Shown one piece after another: positions 9,365 to 17,281 of a stretch of 20,000 bases of DNA (within the stretch, counting starts at the first letter, position 1; each line of letters starts with the position of its first letter). The notes below the pieces were generated by a model. The model saw nothing but the letters and a program-made list of their open reading frames with translations. It was not told the DNA's origin and did not search any database. The stretch lies in sequence record DRR378314_1813; one strand, given 5' to 3'. The translations under genes and the position numbers were made by a program.

Positions 9365-9393
9365 TTCAGAGTTGAGGTAAATCACGGTATTCT
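9365..9393 (+). promoter_or_regulatory. Possible sigma70 promoter for the ABC importer operon
   Basis: TTCAGA (9365-9370), 17-nt spacer, TATTCT (9388-9393); each box matches consensus 4/6. Confidence 0.35.
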
Positions 9394-9462
9394 GAGTCGT
9401 CTCGAGCTTCTTGCTCGCTTACTGACTCCGTTCAACCCCAGATCAATCACAAGGAAACTCAA

Positions 9463-10332
9463 ATGTTACTGAATCTTATACGGAAATTGGCTGCCAGTAG
9501 CCTCCTGATGTTTATAGCTTCTGCCACGGTTTCTGCCCAAACGCTCGTGTTCACAGCCATTCCGGATGAAGATGAAACCAAATTGGTAGAGCGCTTCAAG
9601 GGTATTGCTGATTACCTGACGGAAGAACTGGACGTGGACGTGCGCTATATTCCGGTAAAGTCCTATGCTGCGGCCATTTCAGCGTTTCGTAACAATCAGG
9701 TCCAGTTGGCCTGGTTTGGTGGGCTTTCCGGTGTTCAGGCCCGGGAACTGGTCCCTGGCTCACAAGCAATCGCACAGGGCGTGGAAGATCAGGCATTCAA
9801 CTCCCATTTTATCGCTCATAAAAGTACTGGACTCGATGAAATGGAGAACCTGTCTGACGAGCTACGAGGTAAAACCTTCACGTTTGGCTCCAAGGGCTCT
9901 ACGTCCGGTCGTCTGATTCCCGAGTACTACATCCGCGAAGCCTTTGGGGAAAGCCCGGAAGACGTCTTTGGCCGTGTTGGTTTCAGTGGCAACCATACCC
10001 GCACGCTTCGTCTCGTTGAGGCTGGCACCTACGACGTAGGTGCGATCAACTATTCGGTGTGGAAGAAAGAAATGGAAAACGGCAATATCGATACCGACGC
10101 CGTTAAAGTCATCTGGACGACGCCTGCCTACCCCAACTACCAGTGGACCATCCGCGGCGACGTCAATGAACGATTCGGCGAAGGGTTCTCAAAGCGAGTT
10201 CAGGAAGCCCTGCTGGCAATGGATGATCCGGCACTCCTGGAGAGCTTTCCTCGTAGCGGGTTCATTCCGGTTTCAAACGATGCCTATGAGCCAATCAGGG
10301 TTGTTGGCAAGCAAATCGGAATCATCGATTAA
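9463..10332 (+). CDS. PhnD/PtxB-family ABC periplasmic binding protein, putative selenium-oxyanion subfamily (TIGR04553-like)
   Basis: Signal peptide ending VSA-Q; FTAIPDEDE, SYAAAI, QLAWFGGLSGVQAR, oxyanion loop GSTSGRL, GFSGNH, YPNYQW; AAGGAA SD; located beside selD/senB. Confidence 0.85.
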   Translation: MLLNLIRKLAASSLLMFIASATVSAQTLVFTAIPDEDETKLVERFKGIADYLTEELDVDVRYIPVKSYAAAISAFRNNQVQLAWFGGLSGVQARELVPGSQAIAQGVEDQAFNSHFIAHKSTGLDEMENLSDELRGKTFTFGSKGSTSGRLIPEYYIREAFGESPEDVFGRVGFSGNHTRTLRLVEAGTYDVGAINYSVWKKEMENGNIDTDAVKVIWTTPAYPNYQWTIRGDVNERFGEGFSKRVQEALLAMDDPALLESFPRSGFIPVSNDAYEPIRVVGKQIGIID

Positions 10333-10982
10333 TGCCTGGGTTTAATCTGGCTGGCCTGACAGCTTCATTTGGCGGAGAGCGGGTTATCGGCCCGCTCTCC
10401 CTGAGTGTCAAGGAAGGTGAGAAAGTTGGTCTTGTGGGCCGTAGCGGCGCCGGTAAATCAACGTTGATCCGGCTGATCTATCAGCAAGTCGAAAGGCTGG
10501 CCTCTCTCGTTCCGCAAGACCTTGGGCTGGTAAATGCGCTCCCGGTGTTCCATAACATTTTCATGGGGCGCCTGGATGCACACAGCACCTGGTACAACAT
10601 TATTACTCTGATGCGACCGTTTTACAGGGACAGCCACGACGTGAAAGAACTTCTGTCAGAACTGGGGATGTCGGAGAAAGTATGGATTCCAGCCGCGTCC
10701 CTGTCTGGTGGCCAGCGACAACGAGTGGCCATTGCGCGGGCCCTTTACCGGAACTCCGGTCTCTTGCTCGCTGACGAGCCGGTGTCTGCGCTGGATGGCC
10801 CCATGGCCCACCAGACAATGAGGTTGCTGGATGCGCGTTTCCAAACCAGCGTGGTTGCACTCCATGATGTCGAACTCGCGCTGAAGTATTGCACTCGTAT
10901 CGTGGGCATCCAGGACGGCCAAATCGCACTGGATGAGCCCAGCGCAAAGCTCTCCCCGGCCGATATTGCGCCGCTCTACTGA
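10332..10982 (+). CDS. ABC transporter ATP-binding subunit, PhnC-like
   Basis: Walker A GRSGAGKS, Q-loop VPQ, signature LSGGQRQR, Walker B LLADEP, H-loop ALHD. TAATG overlap with the upstream gene. Confidence 0.9.
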   Translation: MPGFNLAGLTASFGGERVIGPLSLSVKEGEKVGLVGRSGAGKSTLIRLIYQQVERLASLVPQDLGLVNALPVFHNIFMGRLDAHSTWYNIITLMRPFYRDSHDVKELLSELGMSEKVWIPAASLSGGQRQRVAIARALYRNSGLLLADEPVSALDGPMAHQTMRLLDARFQTSVVALHDVELALKYCTRIVGIQDGQIALDEPSAKLSPADIAPLY

Positions 10983-10995
10983 CCCATAAACCTCT

Positions 10996-12462
10996 ATGTT
11001 GTCGTCGCCGACCGTAAGAACCAGCCTGATCTTCACCGCTATCGCCCTGATAGGTCTGGTCTTTGCGGATATCGCCATTACCGCCGCAAATCCCTGGAAA
11101 GACCTGGGGCGGTTTTTTCTCGGTGTTGTTACCCCCGACTTCTTTAGCACCGAAGGACTCGCCACCGCCCTGCTCCGAACCGTCGCCTTTGCTTTCGTAG
11201 GCGTGGCCCTGGGAAGTATCTGTGGGTTTCTGCTGTCCCTTGTTTACCGAGCCTGGCCGGTGCGGATTTTCTGCGCTTTTGTACGTGCCATCCACGAACT
11301 CTTCTGGGCGCTTATTTTCCTCCAATTTTTCGGTTTCCATCCGCTTACCGGGGTGTTGGCAATCGCGATTCCCTATTCCGGTATATTTGCCAAGGTCTAT
11401 TCAGAGATCATTGATGAAGCTGACCCCGAACCAGGTCGGTTGCTGCCGCCCCGCACCAGTGCGATAGCTGCGTTTATCTATACCAAGATTCCCGATTGCT
11501 GGGTCCAACTACGCACCTACACGGCTTACCGGCTCGAGTGTGGTCTCCGCTCCAGTGCAATTCTTGGCTTCGTCGGTCTTCCCACTCTTGGGTTCTATCT
11601 GGAGTCAGCGTTTTCCCAGGGCCACTATTCCGATGCCGGCGCCATGCTGATTCTTTTCTACGTCCTGATCGCGACCATGCCGCTTTGGGTCAAGCCCAAA
11701 CTGCTGCCCGTGTATGTGATCGCCGCGCCGTTTTTCCTAGGTGAAGGGCTGCCCATCGTCTGGGGTAATGTCACCCGGTTCTTTACACAGGATATCGTAC
11801 CATCGCCGTTGCGCGGCGAAGAAGGCTGGTCCGGCATGGGCGCCTGGTTCGGAGACATGTTTGTCAATCAGGCGCTGCCAGGTATCTTCAATACGGTGGT
11901 TCTCACACAGATTGCACTTGTCGCGACGGGGCTGATTGCGTTGCTCGCATTCCCATTGATTTCCACCCACTTCGGAGGGCCCGTGCGCCGTACCTCCGGG
12001 CATGTTTTCCTGGTGATCATGCGTTCCACCCCGGAATACATCCTGGCCTACATCCTGTTGCAGTTATGGGGGCCCTCCATGTTGCCAGCCGTGGTTGCGC
12101 TTGCGCTCCACAACGGCGGCATTATCGGCCATCTGATCGGCCGACAGTCCAGCACCATTCAGCTACGGCCAGACGCACCGACGGGTCTCAATCGATACAC
12201 CTACGAGCTAGTGCCAAGAGTCTATCGTTCGTTCCTCGCTTTTCTGTTTTACCGTTGGGAAATCATCATGCGGGAAACCGCCATTCTCGGCATACTGGGC
12301 ATCTACACCCTTGGATTCTATGTCGACAGTGCCATCCAGAACATCCAGTTTGATCGCGCCATGGTTCTGATCCTGATTACCGCCTCCCTGAATATCGGCG
12401 TCGATGTGCTGGGCCGCTTTATCCGTCGGAAGCTCGCCCTTCAGACCATGCCAACCTGCTAG
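10996..12462 (+). CDS. ABC transporter permease with two fused PhnE/PtxC-like domains
   Basis: Two homologous hydrophobic halves: RAIHELFWAL...YRLECGLRSSAILGFVGLPTLG and RSTPEYILAY...YRWEIIMRETAILGILGIYTLG. Confidence 0.88.
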   Translation: MLSSPTVRTSLIFTAIALIGLVFADIAITAANPWKDLGRFFLGVVTPDFFSTEGLATALLRTVAFAFVGVALGSICGFLLSLVYRAWPVRIFCAFVRAIHELFWALIFLQFFGFHPLTGVLAIAIPYSGIFAKVYSEIIDEADPEPGRLLPPRTSAIAAFIYTKIPDCWVQLRTYTAYRLECGLRSSAILGFVGLPTLGFYLESAFSQGHYSDAGAMLILFYVLIATMPLWVKPKLLPVYVIAAPFFLGEGLPIVWGNVTRFFTQDIVPSPLRGEEGWSGMGAWFGDMFVNQALPGIFNTVVLTQIALVATGLIALLAFPLISTHFGGPVRRTSGHVFLVIMRSTPEYILAYILLQLWGPSMLPAVVALALHNGGIIGHLIGRQSSTIQLRPDAPTGLNRYTYELVPRVYRSFLAFLFYRWEIIMRETAILGILGIYTLGFYVDSAIQNIQFDRAMVLILITASLNIGVDVLGRFIRRKLALQTMPTC

Positions 12463-12639
12463 CTGACTACCACGTCACAGTTCCATAGATTCCCATGGCT
12501 TTTGGCCCGGCTTCCCTTCGTGCCGCGGATACATTTAGTTACACTTTGCTCAACGAATGTAACAATCTCCACGTGAAGACCGCTTGGCCAAGGCCCAGGC
12601 AGGATTTGAGCAACAGGAATCGAGCAAAAGGAACCGCCC

Positions 12640-13245
12640 ATGATGAACAGCCTTATTCTCCTGTTTGAAGTCGGGTTGATCGCCCTGTTGCTATTGCTGG
12701 CTTTCCGAATGCTGACCCTGGTCCGAAAAGAGCCGTTTGTGCCCGCCTCCGTGTTACCAATGACCACCGCGGGCCAGGGCTCCGCTCATGCGCCGGTGTC
12801 GCCGCCTCTCCAGAAGCGCGCCATTGCCGAACCACAACCTTCCCGGCCACGCTCTTCCGATAAATGCGGCCTGATCACCCAGTTGCATATTTTGCTGAGC
12901 CTTCAGGAAAGAGATTGCCGTGAGCAGGGGCTTGATCTGGAAACCGCGCCCCATGCGGTCCGGGAATACGCCGTCGCCTGGTTGTACGGCGCTGCCTGTG
13001 CGCTGTGTGAAAAGCCACAGCGGCATTCCGACCCCTTGCTTCACCTGGTCAGTCAACTGGCCAGCCGCAAAACCGGCATACGACAACCGGAAGCCGTCCA
13101 GGCCCTATCAACCCTGACGGGGAGCTCTACCTTACTGGCGTGTTTCAGGAGCGGTGTGAGCGGCGCTGAGTTCTGGCAGGGGCATCGCTTTGTTCCTCAG
13201 GAACACAGCCTCTACTCGGCAGTGACCTCGAACGCCTTCATCTAA
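12640..13245 (+). CDS. Hypothetical membrane-anchored protein
   Basis: AAGGA SD, N-terminal TM helix, Pro-rich linker, helical C-terminal domain; fills the gap between neighbours. Confidence 0.7.
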   Translation: MMNSLILLFEVGLIALLLLLAFRMLTLVRKEPFVPASVLPMTTAGQGSAHAPVSPPLQKRAIAEPQPSRPRSSDKCGLITQLHILLSLQERDCREQGLDLETAPHAVREYAVAWLYGAACALCEKPQRHSDPLLHLVSQLASRKTGIRQPEAVQALSTLTGSSTLLACFRSGVSGAEFWQGHRFVPQEHSLYSAVTSNAFI

Positions 13246-13250
13246 CGCTT

Positions 13251-13282
13251 AAAAAAGGAAAACCCGCTTAATGGCGGGCCTT
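13251..13282 (-). terminator. Probable intrinsic terminator for the minus-strand genes
   Basis: Minus strand GGCCCGC-cattaa-GCGGGTT followed by TTCCTTTTTT, at a convergent junction; the stop codon lies in the loop. Confidence 0.5.
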
Positions 13283-13585
13283 GGGGCGGGCAGTCTGTTC
13301 TTCCAGTGTCCAGTCAGTGCCGAGGTTCACCACGTCGGTGGTGTCCGGGTTATCGGCCGGGGCTCCTGTCAATTCCGGGCGGGAAAAGCGACCATCTTCC
13401 AGCCGCTCCATGGTCTCCACATCCACAGAGCGCACCACATAACGGATTCCATTGCTTGTCACCCTCGCTCGGTGACTGATACCGAAGATAAACCGGCAAT
13501 AATCCAGTTTGAGCTGGAGCAGGTCCTGTTCCGCCTTCTGGATTTTCCTCAGCAGAACTTTCTGTACGCTATCGCCATAATCCAT
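13268..13585 (-). CDS. Hypothetical protein (about 105 aa)
   Basis: ATG at 13585 (MDYGDSVQ) follows GGGAAG. The longer start at 13678 would overlap the upstream gene. N-terminal coiled-coil-like helix then a beta-rich part. Confidence 0.65.
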   Translation of the reverse strand: MDYGDSVQKVLLRKIQKAEQDLLQLKLDYCRFIFGISHRARVTSNGIRYVVRSVDVETMERLEDGRFSRPELTGAPADNPDTTDVVNLGTDWTLEEQTARPKARH

Positions 13586-13655
13586 ATGTGCTTCCCTGGA
13601 CGATCTGTTGTGGTTCGCTGATTTTACACCATCCTGACACACTGTCATCCCGTCG

Positions 13656-14138
13656 TCAGGCGCGACCCTCGGCCACAAACGTCAGTTTTAAGGGCCTCTC
13701 GACGTTCTTGTCCATCCCGGCCTGGAGGTCGACCCGCCAGGTCATGTAAGGGTCCGTGGTACAGAAAGGCGCTGTGAACCGTGCTTCCCAGAGCTGGCCT
13801 TGACCATCCGGCGCTGGACCGGCCCTTGTCATGGGAACGGGATACTCACCCAGGTACATCGACTCTCCCCGCAACACAGCCAACATCCGGGGCTGGTTCA
13901 TGTCTGTCTGTACGGTGAGATGGTATTCCGTGCCCTCGGCCTGAACCCCGCTTTTCTGCAGCTGCGCATGCCAACGATTACCCTGTTCCGACCATTGGCA
14001 CGTACTGTTAAGGAGGTCACACCCAACCGCGCCCTGATCGGCCCGGCCAGCATCTTCCGACATCAGCCAACGTGGCCCCAAAACGCCCAGCGCGACCACG
14101 CCCGCAATGGCAATTACAGCAACAAGCGCTTTCAACAC
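13656..14138 (-). CDS. Hypothetical N-terminally anchored periplasmic protein with Cys/Met motifs
   Basis: GGAGGA SD at 14150-14145 favours GTG at 14138. TM/signal segment; motifs CDLLNSTC, GESMYLG and FCTTDPYMTW. Confidence 0.7.
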   Translation of the reverse strand: MLKALVAVIAIAGVVALGVLGPRWLMSEDAGRADQGAVGCDLLNSTCQWSEQGNRWHAQLQKSGVQAEGTEYHLTVQTDMNQPRMLAVLRGESMYLGEYPVPMTRAGPAPDGQGQLWEARFTAPFCTTDPYMTWRVDLQAGMDKNVERPLKLTFVAEGRA

Positions 14139-14260
14139 ATCCACTCCTCCACGACTAGGCGGGCATTATGGGGATAATCGCTGACAAGGCAAAGCTTTCT
14201 AAATCATCACCGGTCATGAGAAAATACCGCGCCTTTACACACCACCAACAGGATAAGCCA

Positions 14261-15181
14261 GTGCAACCGGACATTTCCGTCAAGCACCTCAATAAAGTCT
14301 ATGCGGATGGTTTCAGGGCCCTCAACGACATCAACCTCGACATTGAGCGGGGAGAGATCTTTGCCCTACTCGGCCCGAACGGTGCCGGCAAAACCACGCT
14401 GATCAGCATTATCTGTGGCATTGTGAACCTCTCTGACGGCGAAGTGAACGCTGCCGGCTATGACATCGTGAAGGATTATCGCAAAGCCCGGGAGAGCATC
14501 GGCCTGGTTCCCCAGGAGCTCAATACCGACGCCTTCGAAACCGTCTGGGACGCTGTCTCCTTCAGCCGGGGCCTGTTCGGCAAGGCGCCCGCGCCAGACC
14601 ATATCGAGAAGGTCCTGAAAGACCTGTCGCTCTGGGACAAGCGCAATAGCCGCATCATGTCCCTGTCGGGCGGCATGAAACGTCGCGTGATGATTGCCAA
14701 GGCGTTGTCCCACGAACCCCGCATCCTGTTCCTGGACGAGCCCACCGCTGGCGTCGACGTGGAGTTGCGCCGGGACATGTGGGAAATGGTGCGCAAGCTG
14801 CGGGAAAACGGCGTCACCATCATCCTCACCACCCACTACATCGAAGAGGCGGAGGAGATGGCGGACCGCATCGGCGTTATCCGCCAAGGTGAGATCATCC
14901 TGGTTGAGGACAAATCCCGGCTGATGAGCAAGCTTGGCAAGAAGGAGCTTCGCCTGCACCTGCAGAATCCTTTGGAGAAGATCCCCGGTGAACTCACGCT
15001 GGAACCGGTGGACCTTTCCGATGATGGCTACGAGCTGATCTACACCTTCGACTCCCAACAGGAGCAGGCAGGCGTGGCGAGGCTGCTACGAACCCTGGGT
15101 GACCTGGGCATCGAATACCGGGATCTTCAGACCAGGGAAAGCTCCCTGGAAGAGATTTTCGTGGGCCTGGTGCATGAATAA
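14261..15181 (+). CDS. ABC-2 type transporter ATP-binding protein (YadG-like)
   Basis: [39 protein letters not shown] at 14261 follows AGGA. Confidence 0.92.
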   Translation: MQPDISVKHLNKVYADGFRALNDINLDIERGEIFALLGPNGAGKTTLISIICGIVNLSDGEVNAAGYDIVKDYRKARESIGLVPQELNTDAFETVWDAVSFSRGLFGKAPAPDHIEKVLKDLSLWDKRNSRIMSLSGGMKRRVMIAKALSHEPRILFLDEPTAGVDVELRRDMWEMVRKLRENGVTIILTTHYIEEAEEMADRIGVIRQGEIILVEDKSRLMSKLGKKELRLHLQNPLEKIPGELTLEPVDLSDDGYELIYTFDSQQEQAGVARLLRTLGDLGIEYRDLQTRESSLEEIFVGLVHE

Positions 15182-15208
15182 AACCAACCGGTATGCGGGA
15201 GTAACGCA

Positions 15209-15970
15209 ATGAACCTTTACGGTGTCCGAGCAATCTACAACTTTGAAATGGCCCGCATGCGCCGCACCCTGATGCAGAGTGTCGCCTCGCCGGTTATCTC
15301 CACGTCGTTATACTTCGTGGTGTTTGGCTCAGCCATTGGCAGCCGCATGGGCGATATCGATAATGTCAGTTACGCGGCTTACATCATTCCCGGTCTCGTT
15401 ATGCTGTCGTTGCTGATGCAAAGCATTTCCAACGCCTCGTTCGGCATATACATGCCGAAGTTCTCCGGCACTATTTACGAGCTTTTGTCCGCGCCCGTCT
15501 CCTACATGGAGGTCGTCCTCGGCTATGTCGGTGCCGCCGCCACCAAGTCGGTTATTCTTGGGGTCATCATCCTGATTACCGCCAAGCTCTTTGTGGACTA
15601 CGAAGTGCTTCATCCATTCTGGATGTTTGCCTTCCTGGTGCTCACGTCCATCACCTTCAGCCTGTTCGGCTTTATCATCGGCATCTGGGCGGACGGATTT
15701 GAAAAGCTACAGATTGTTCCGCTGATGATCGTAACCCCACTGGTGTTCCTCGGGGGCACGTTCTACTCCATCGACATGCTGCCGGAAATCTGGCAAACCA
15801 TCAGCCTGTTCAATCCCGTGGTATACCTGATCAGCGGCTTTCGCTGGGCGTTCTACGGCGTCTCTGACGTGCATGTCGGCATCAGCGTGGGCATGACCCT
15901 GCTGTTTCTGACCGCGTGCATGGTCGCAGTGTGGTGGATCTTCAAGACCGGCTACCGGCTGCGTTCGTGA
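15209..15970 (+). CDS. ABC-2 type transporter permease (YadH-like)
   Basis: About six TM helices; [38 protein letters not shown]-terminal GYRLRS. Confidence 0.92.
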   Translation: MNLYGVRAIYNFEMARMRRTLMQSVASPVISTSLYFVVFGSAIGSRMGDIDNVSYAAYIIPGLVMLSLLMQSISNASFGIYMPKFSGTIYELLSAPVSYMEVVLGYVGAAATKSVILGVIILITAKLFVDYEVLHPFWMFAFLVLTSITFSLFGFIIGIWADGFEKLQIVPLMIVTPLVFLGGTFYSIDMLPEIWQTISLFNPVVYLISGFRWAFYGVSDVHVGISVGMTLLFLTACMVAVWWIFKTGYRLRS

Positions 15971-16443
15971 GAGCCCTGCTGGTTGGCCTGGCCCTGCTGT
16001 TCTCCGGATGCCTGGCCGCAGTGCCCGAGAACAGCGCCTTGCCGGTGGAACAGGCTTGCCTGATCTCCGCCGACAAGGCGGTACCGATCACCGTTGAAGT
16101 CGCGCAAACATCCGCCGAACGAAGCCGGGGGCTGATGGACCGAGTAAGGCTGGCGCCGAACGCCGGCATGTTGTTTGTCTACAACAATCAGCGCCGGGCC
16201 GACCATGGCTTCTGGATGTACCGCACACTGATTCCACTGGACATTGCCTACCTGGGCCGTGACGGCATCATCGGCGCGATTCGCCCGATGGTGCCCTGCC
16301 CATCAGACCAGGGCCGGGATTGCCCTACCTATGAAGCCGGCGTCCCGTTCTACCTGGCCCTGGAAATGAACCTGGGCTACTTCGAGAGCCACGGCATTGA
16401 CGTGGGCGACCGGCTCTCCCGGGACTCGTCAGACTGCCGCTAG
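15967..16443 (+). CDS. DUF192 family putative lipoprotein
   Basis: GTGA overlap with the permease stop; lipobox-like LLFSGC; DUF192 motifs VEVA...[33 protein letters not shown] and GIDVGD. Confidence 0.88.
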   Translation: MRALLVGLALLFSGCLAAVPENSALPVEQACLISADKAVPITVEVAQTSAERSRGLMDRVRLAPNAGMLFVYNNQRRADHGFWMYRTLIPLDIAYLGRDGIIGAIRPMVPCPSDQGRDCPTYEAGVPFYLALEMNLGYFESHGIDVGDRLSRDSSDCR

Positions 16444-16449
16444 CCAGCC

Positions 16450-17244
16450 CTACTCGTCTTTCCATTCCGGTTTGCGTTTGTCCAGAAAGGCGCAGATGCC
16501 TTCGTGAGCGTCCGCCGCCTGCATATTCTTCGCCATCACTTCCGACGTAAAGTCGTAGGCATCGGCCAGCCCCATCTCCAGTTGTTGATAGAACGCTTCC
16601 TTGCCGATTTTCAGGGTATGGCCGGATTTGCCGGCGATGGTGGCGGCCAGGCGGTAGACGGTTTCATCCAGAACCTGTTCATCCACGACCCGGTTCACCA
16701 ACCCGATCTGTTCTGCCTTCAACGCACCGACCATCTCACCGGTCAACAGCATCTCCATGGCCTGCTTACGGGACACATTGCGGGACAACGCCACCATGGG
16801 GGTGGAGCAAAACAGGCCGATGTTCACGCCCGGCGTGGCGAAACGCGCGGTATCGGCCGCCACCGCCAGGTCGCAACTGGCCACCAACTGGCAACCGGCG
16901 GCCGTCGCCACACCGGCCACACGGGCAATCACCGGTTTCGGCAGGTTCACAATCTGCTTCATCACCTTGCTGCACTGGTGAAACAGTTTCAGCTGGAATT
17001 CGTGGCTGTCGAGCTGATCGCGGATTTCCCGAAGGTCATGCCCGGCACAGAACACCTGCCCTGCGGCGGCGATCACCACTACCCGTGTGTCCACATCGCC
17101 CGAGACCGACTTCAGTTCGGCGGAAAGAGCTTCCAGCATCGCCATGGACAGGCTATTGCGGCGCTCAGGCTGGTTCAGTGTCAGTGTGGTGATTCCGTTT
17201 TCAGTATGTTTCTTTACCAACACCTCGGTTTGTTCGGTCATCAT
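16450..17244 (-). CDS. Enoyl-CoA hydratase/isomerase (crotonase superfamily, ECHDC3-like)
   Basis: LNQPERRNSLS, FCAGHDL, ATAAGCQLVASCDL, FATPGVNIGLFCSTP, EGICAFLDKRKPEW. Confidence 0.93.
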   Translation of the reverse strand: MMTEQTEVLVKKHTENGITTLTLNQPERRNSLSMAMLEALSAELKSVSGDVDTRVVVIAAAGQVFCAGHDLREIRDQLDSHEFQLKLFHQCSKVMKQIVNLPKPVIARVAGVATAAGCQLVASCDLAVAADTARFATPGVNIGLFCSTPMVALSRNVSRKQAMEMLLTGEMVGALKAEQIGLVNRVVDEQVLDETVYRLAATIAGKSGHTLKIGKEAFYQQLEMGLADAYDFTSEVMAKNMQAADAHEGICAFLDKRKPEWKDE

Positions 17245-17281
17245 GCCCCCTACTTCTTTTTCCTGATGTATCCTTTATCCC

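Noticed and set aside
9288-9462. tRNA-Sec or another tRNA in the senB/importer gap
   Set aside because: No cloverleaf with a UCA anticodon arm and matching acceptor stem could be built; only the hairpin reported above.
5235-10992. TGA stops at 5235-5237 and 10980-10982 as possible Sec readthrough sites
   Set aside because: In-frame TAA follows within a few codons in both cases, so readthrough would add almost nothing.
9463-12462. Calling the importer phnD/phnC/phnE for phosphonate use
   Set aside because: No C-P lyase or phosphite dehydrogenase genes nearby and the context is selenium, so symbols were withheld.
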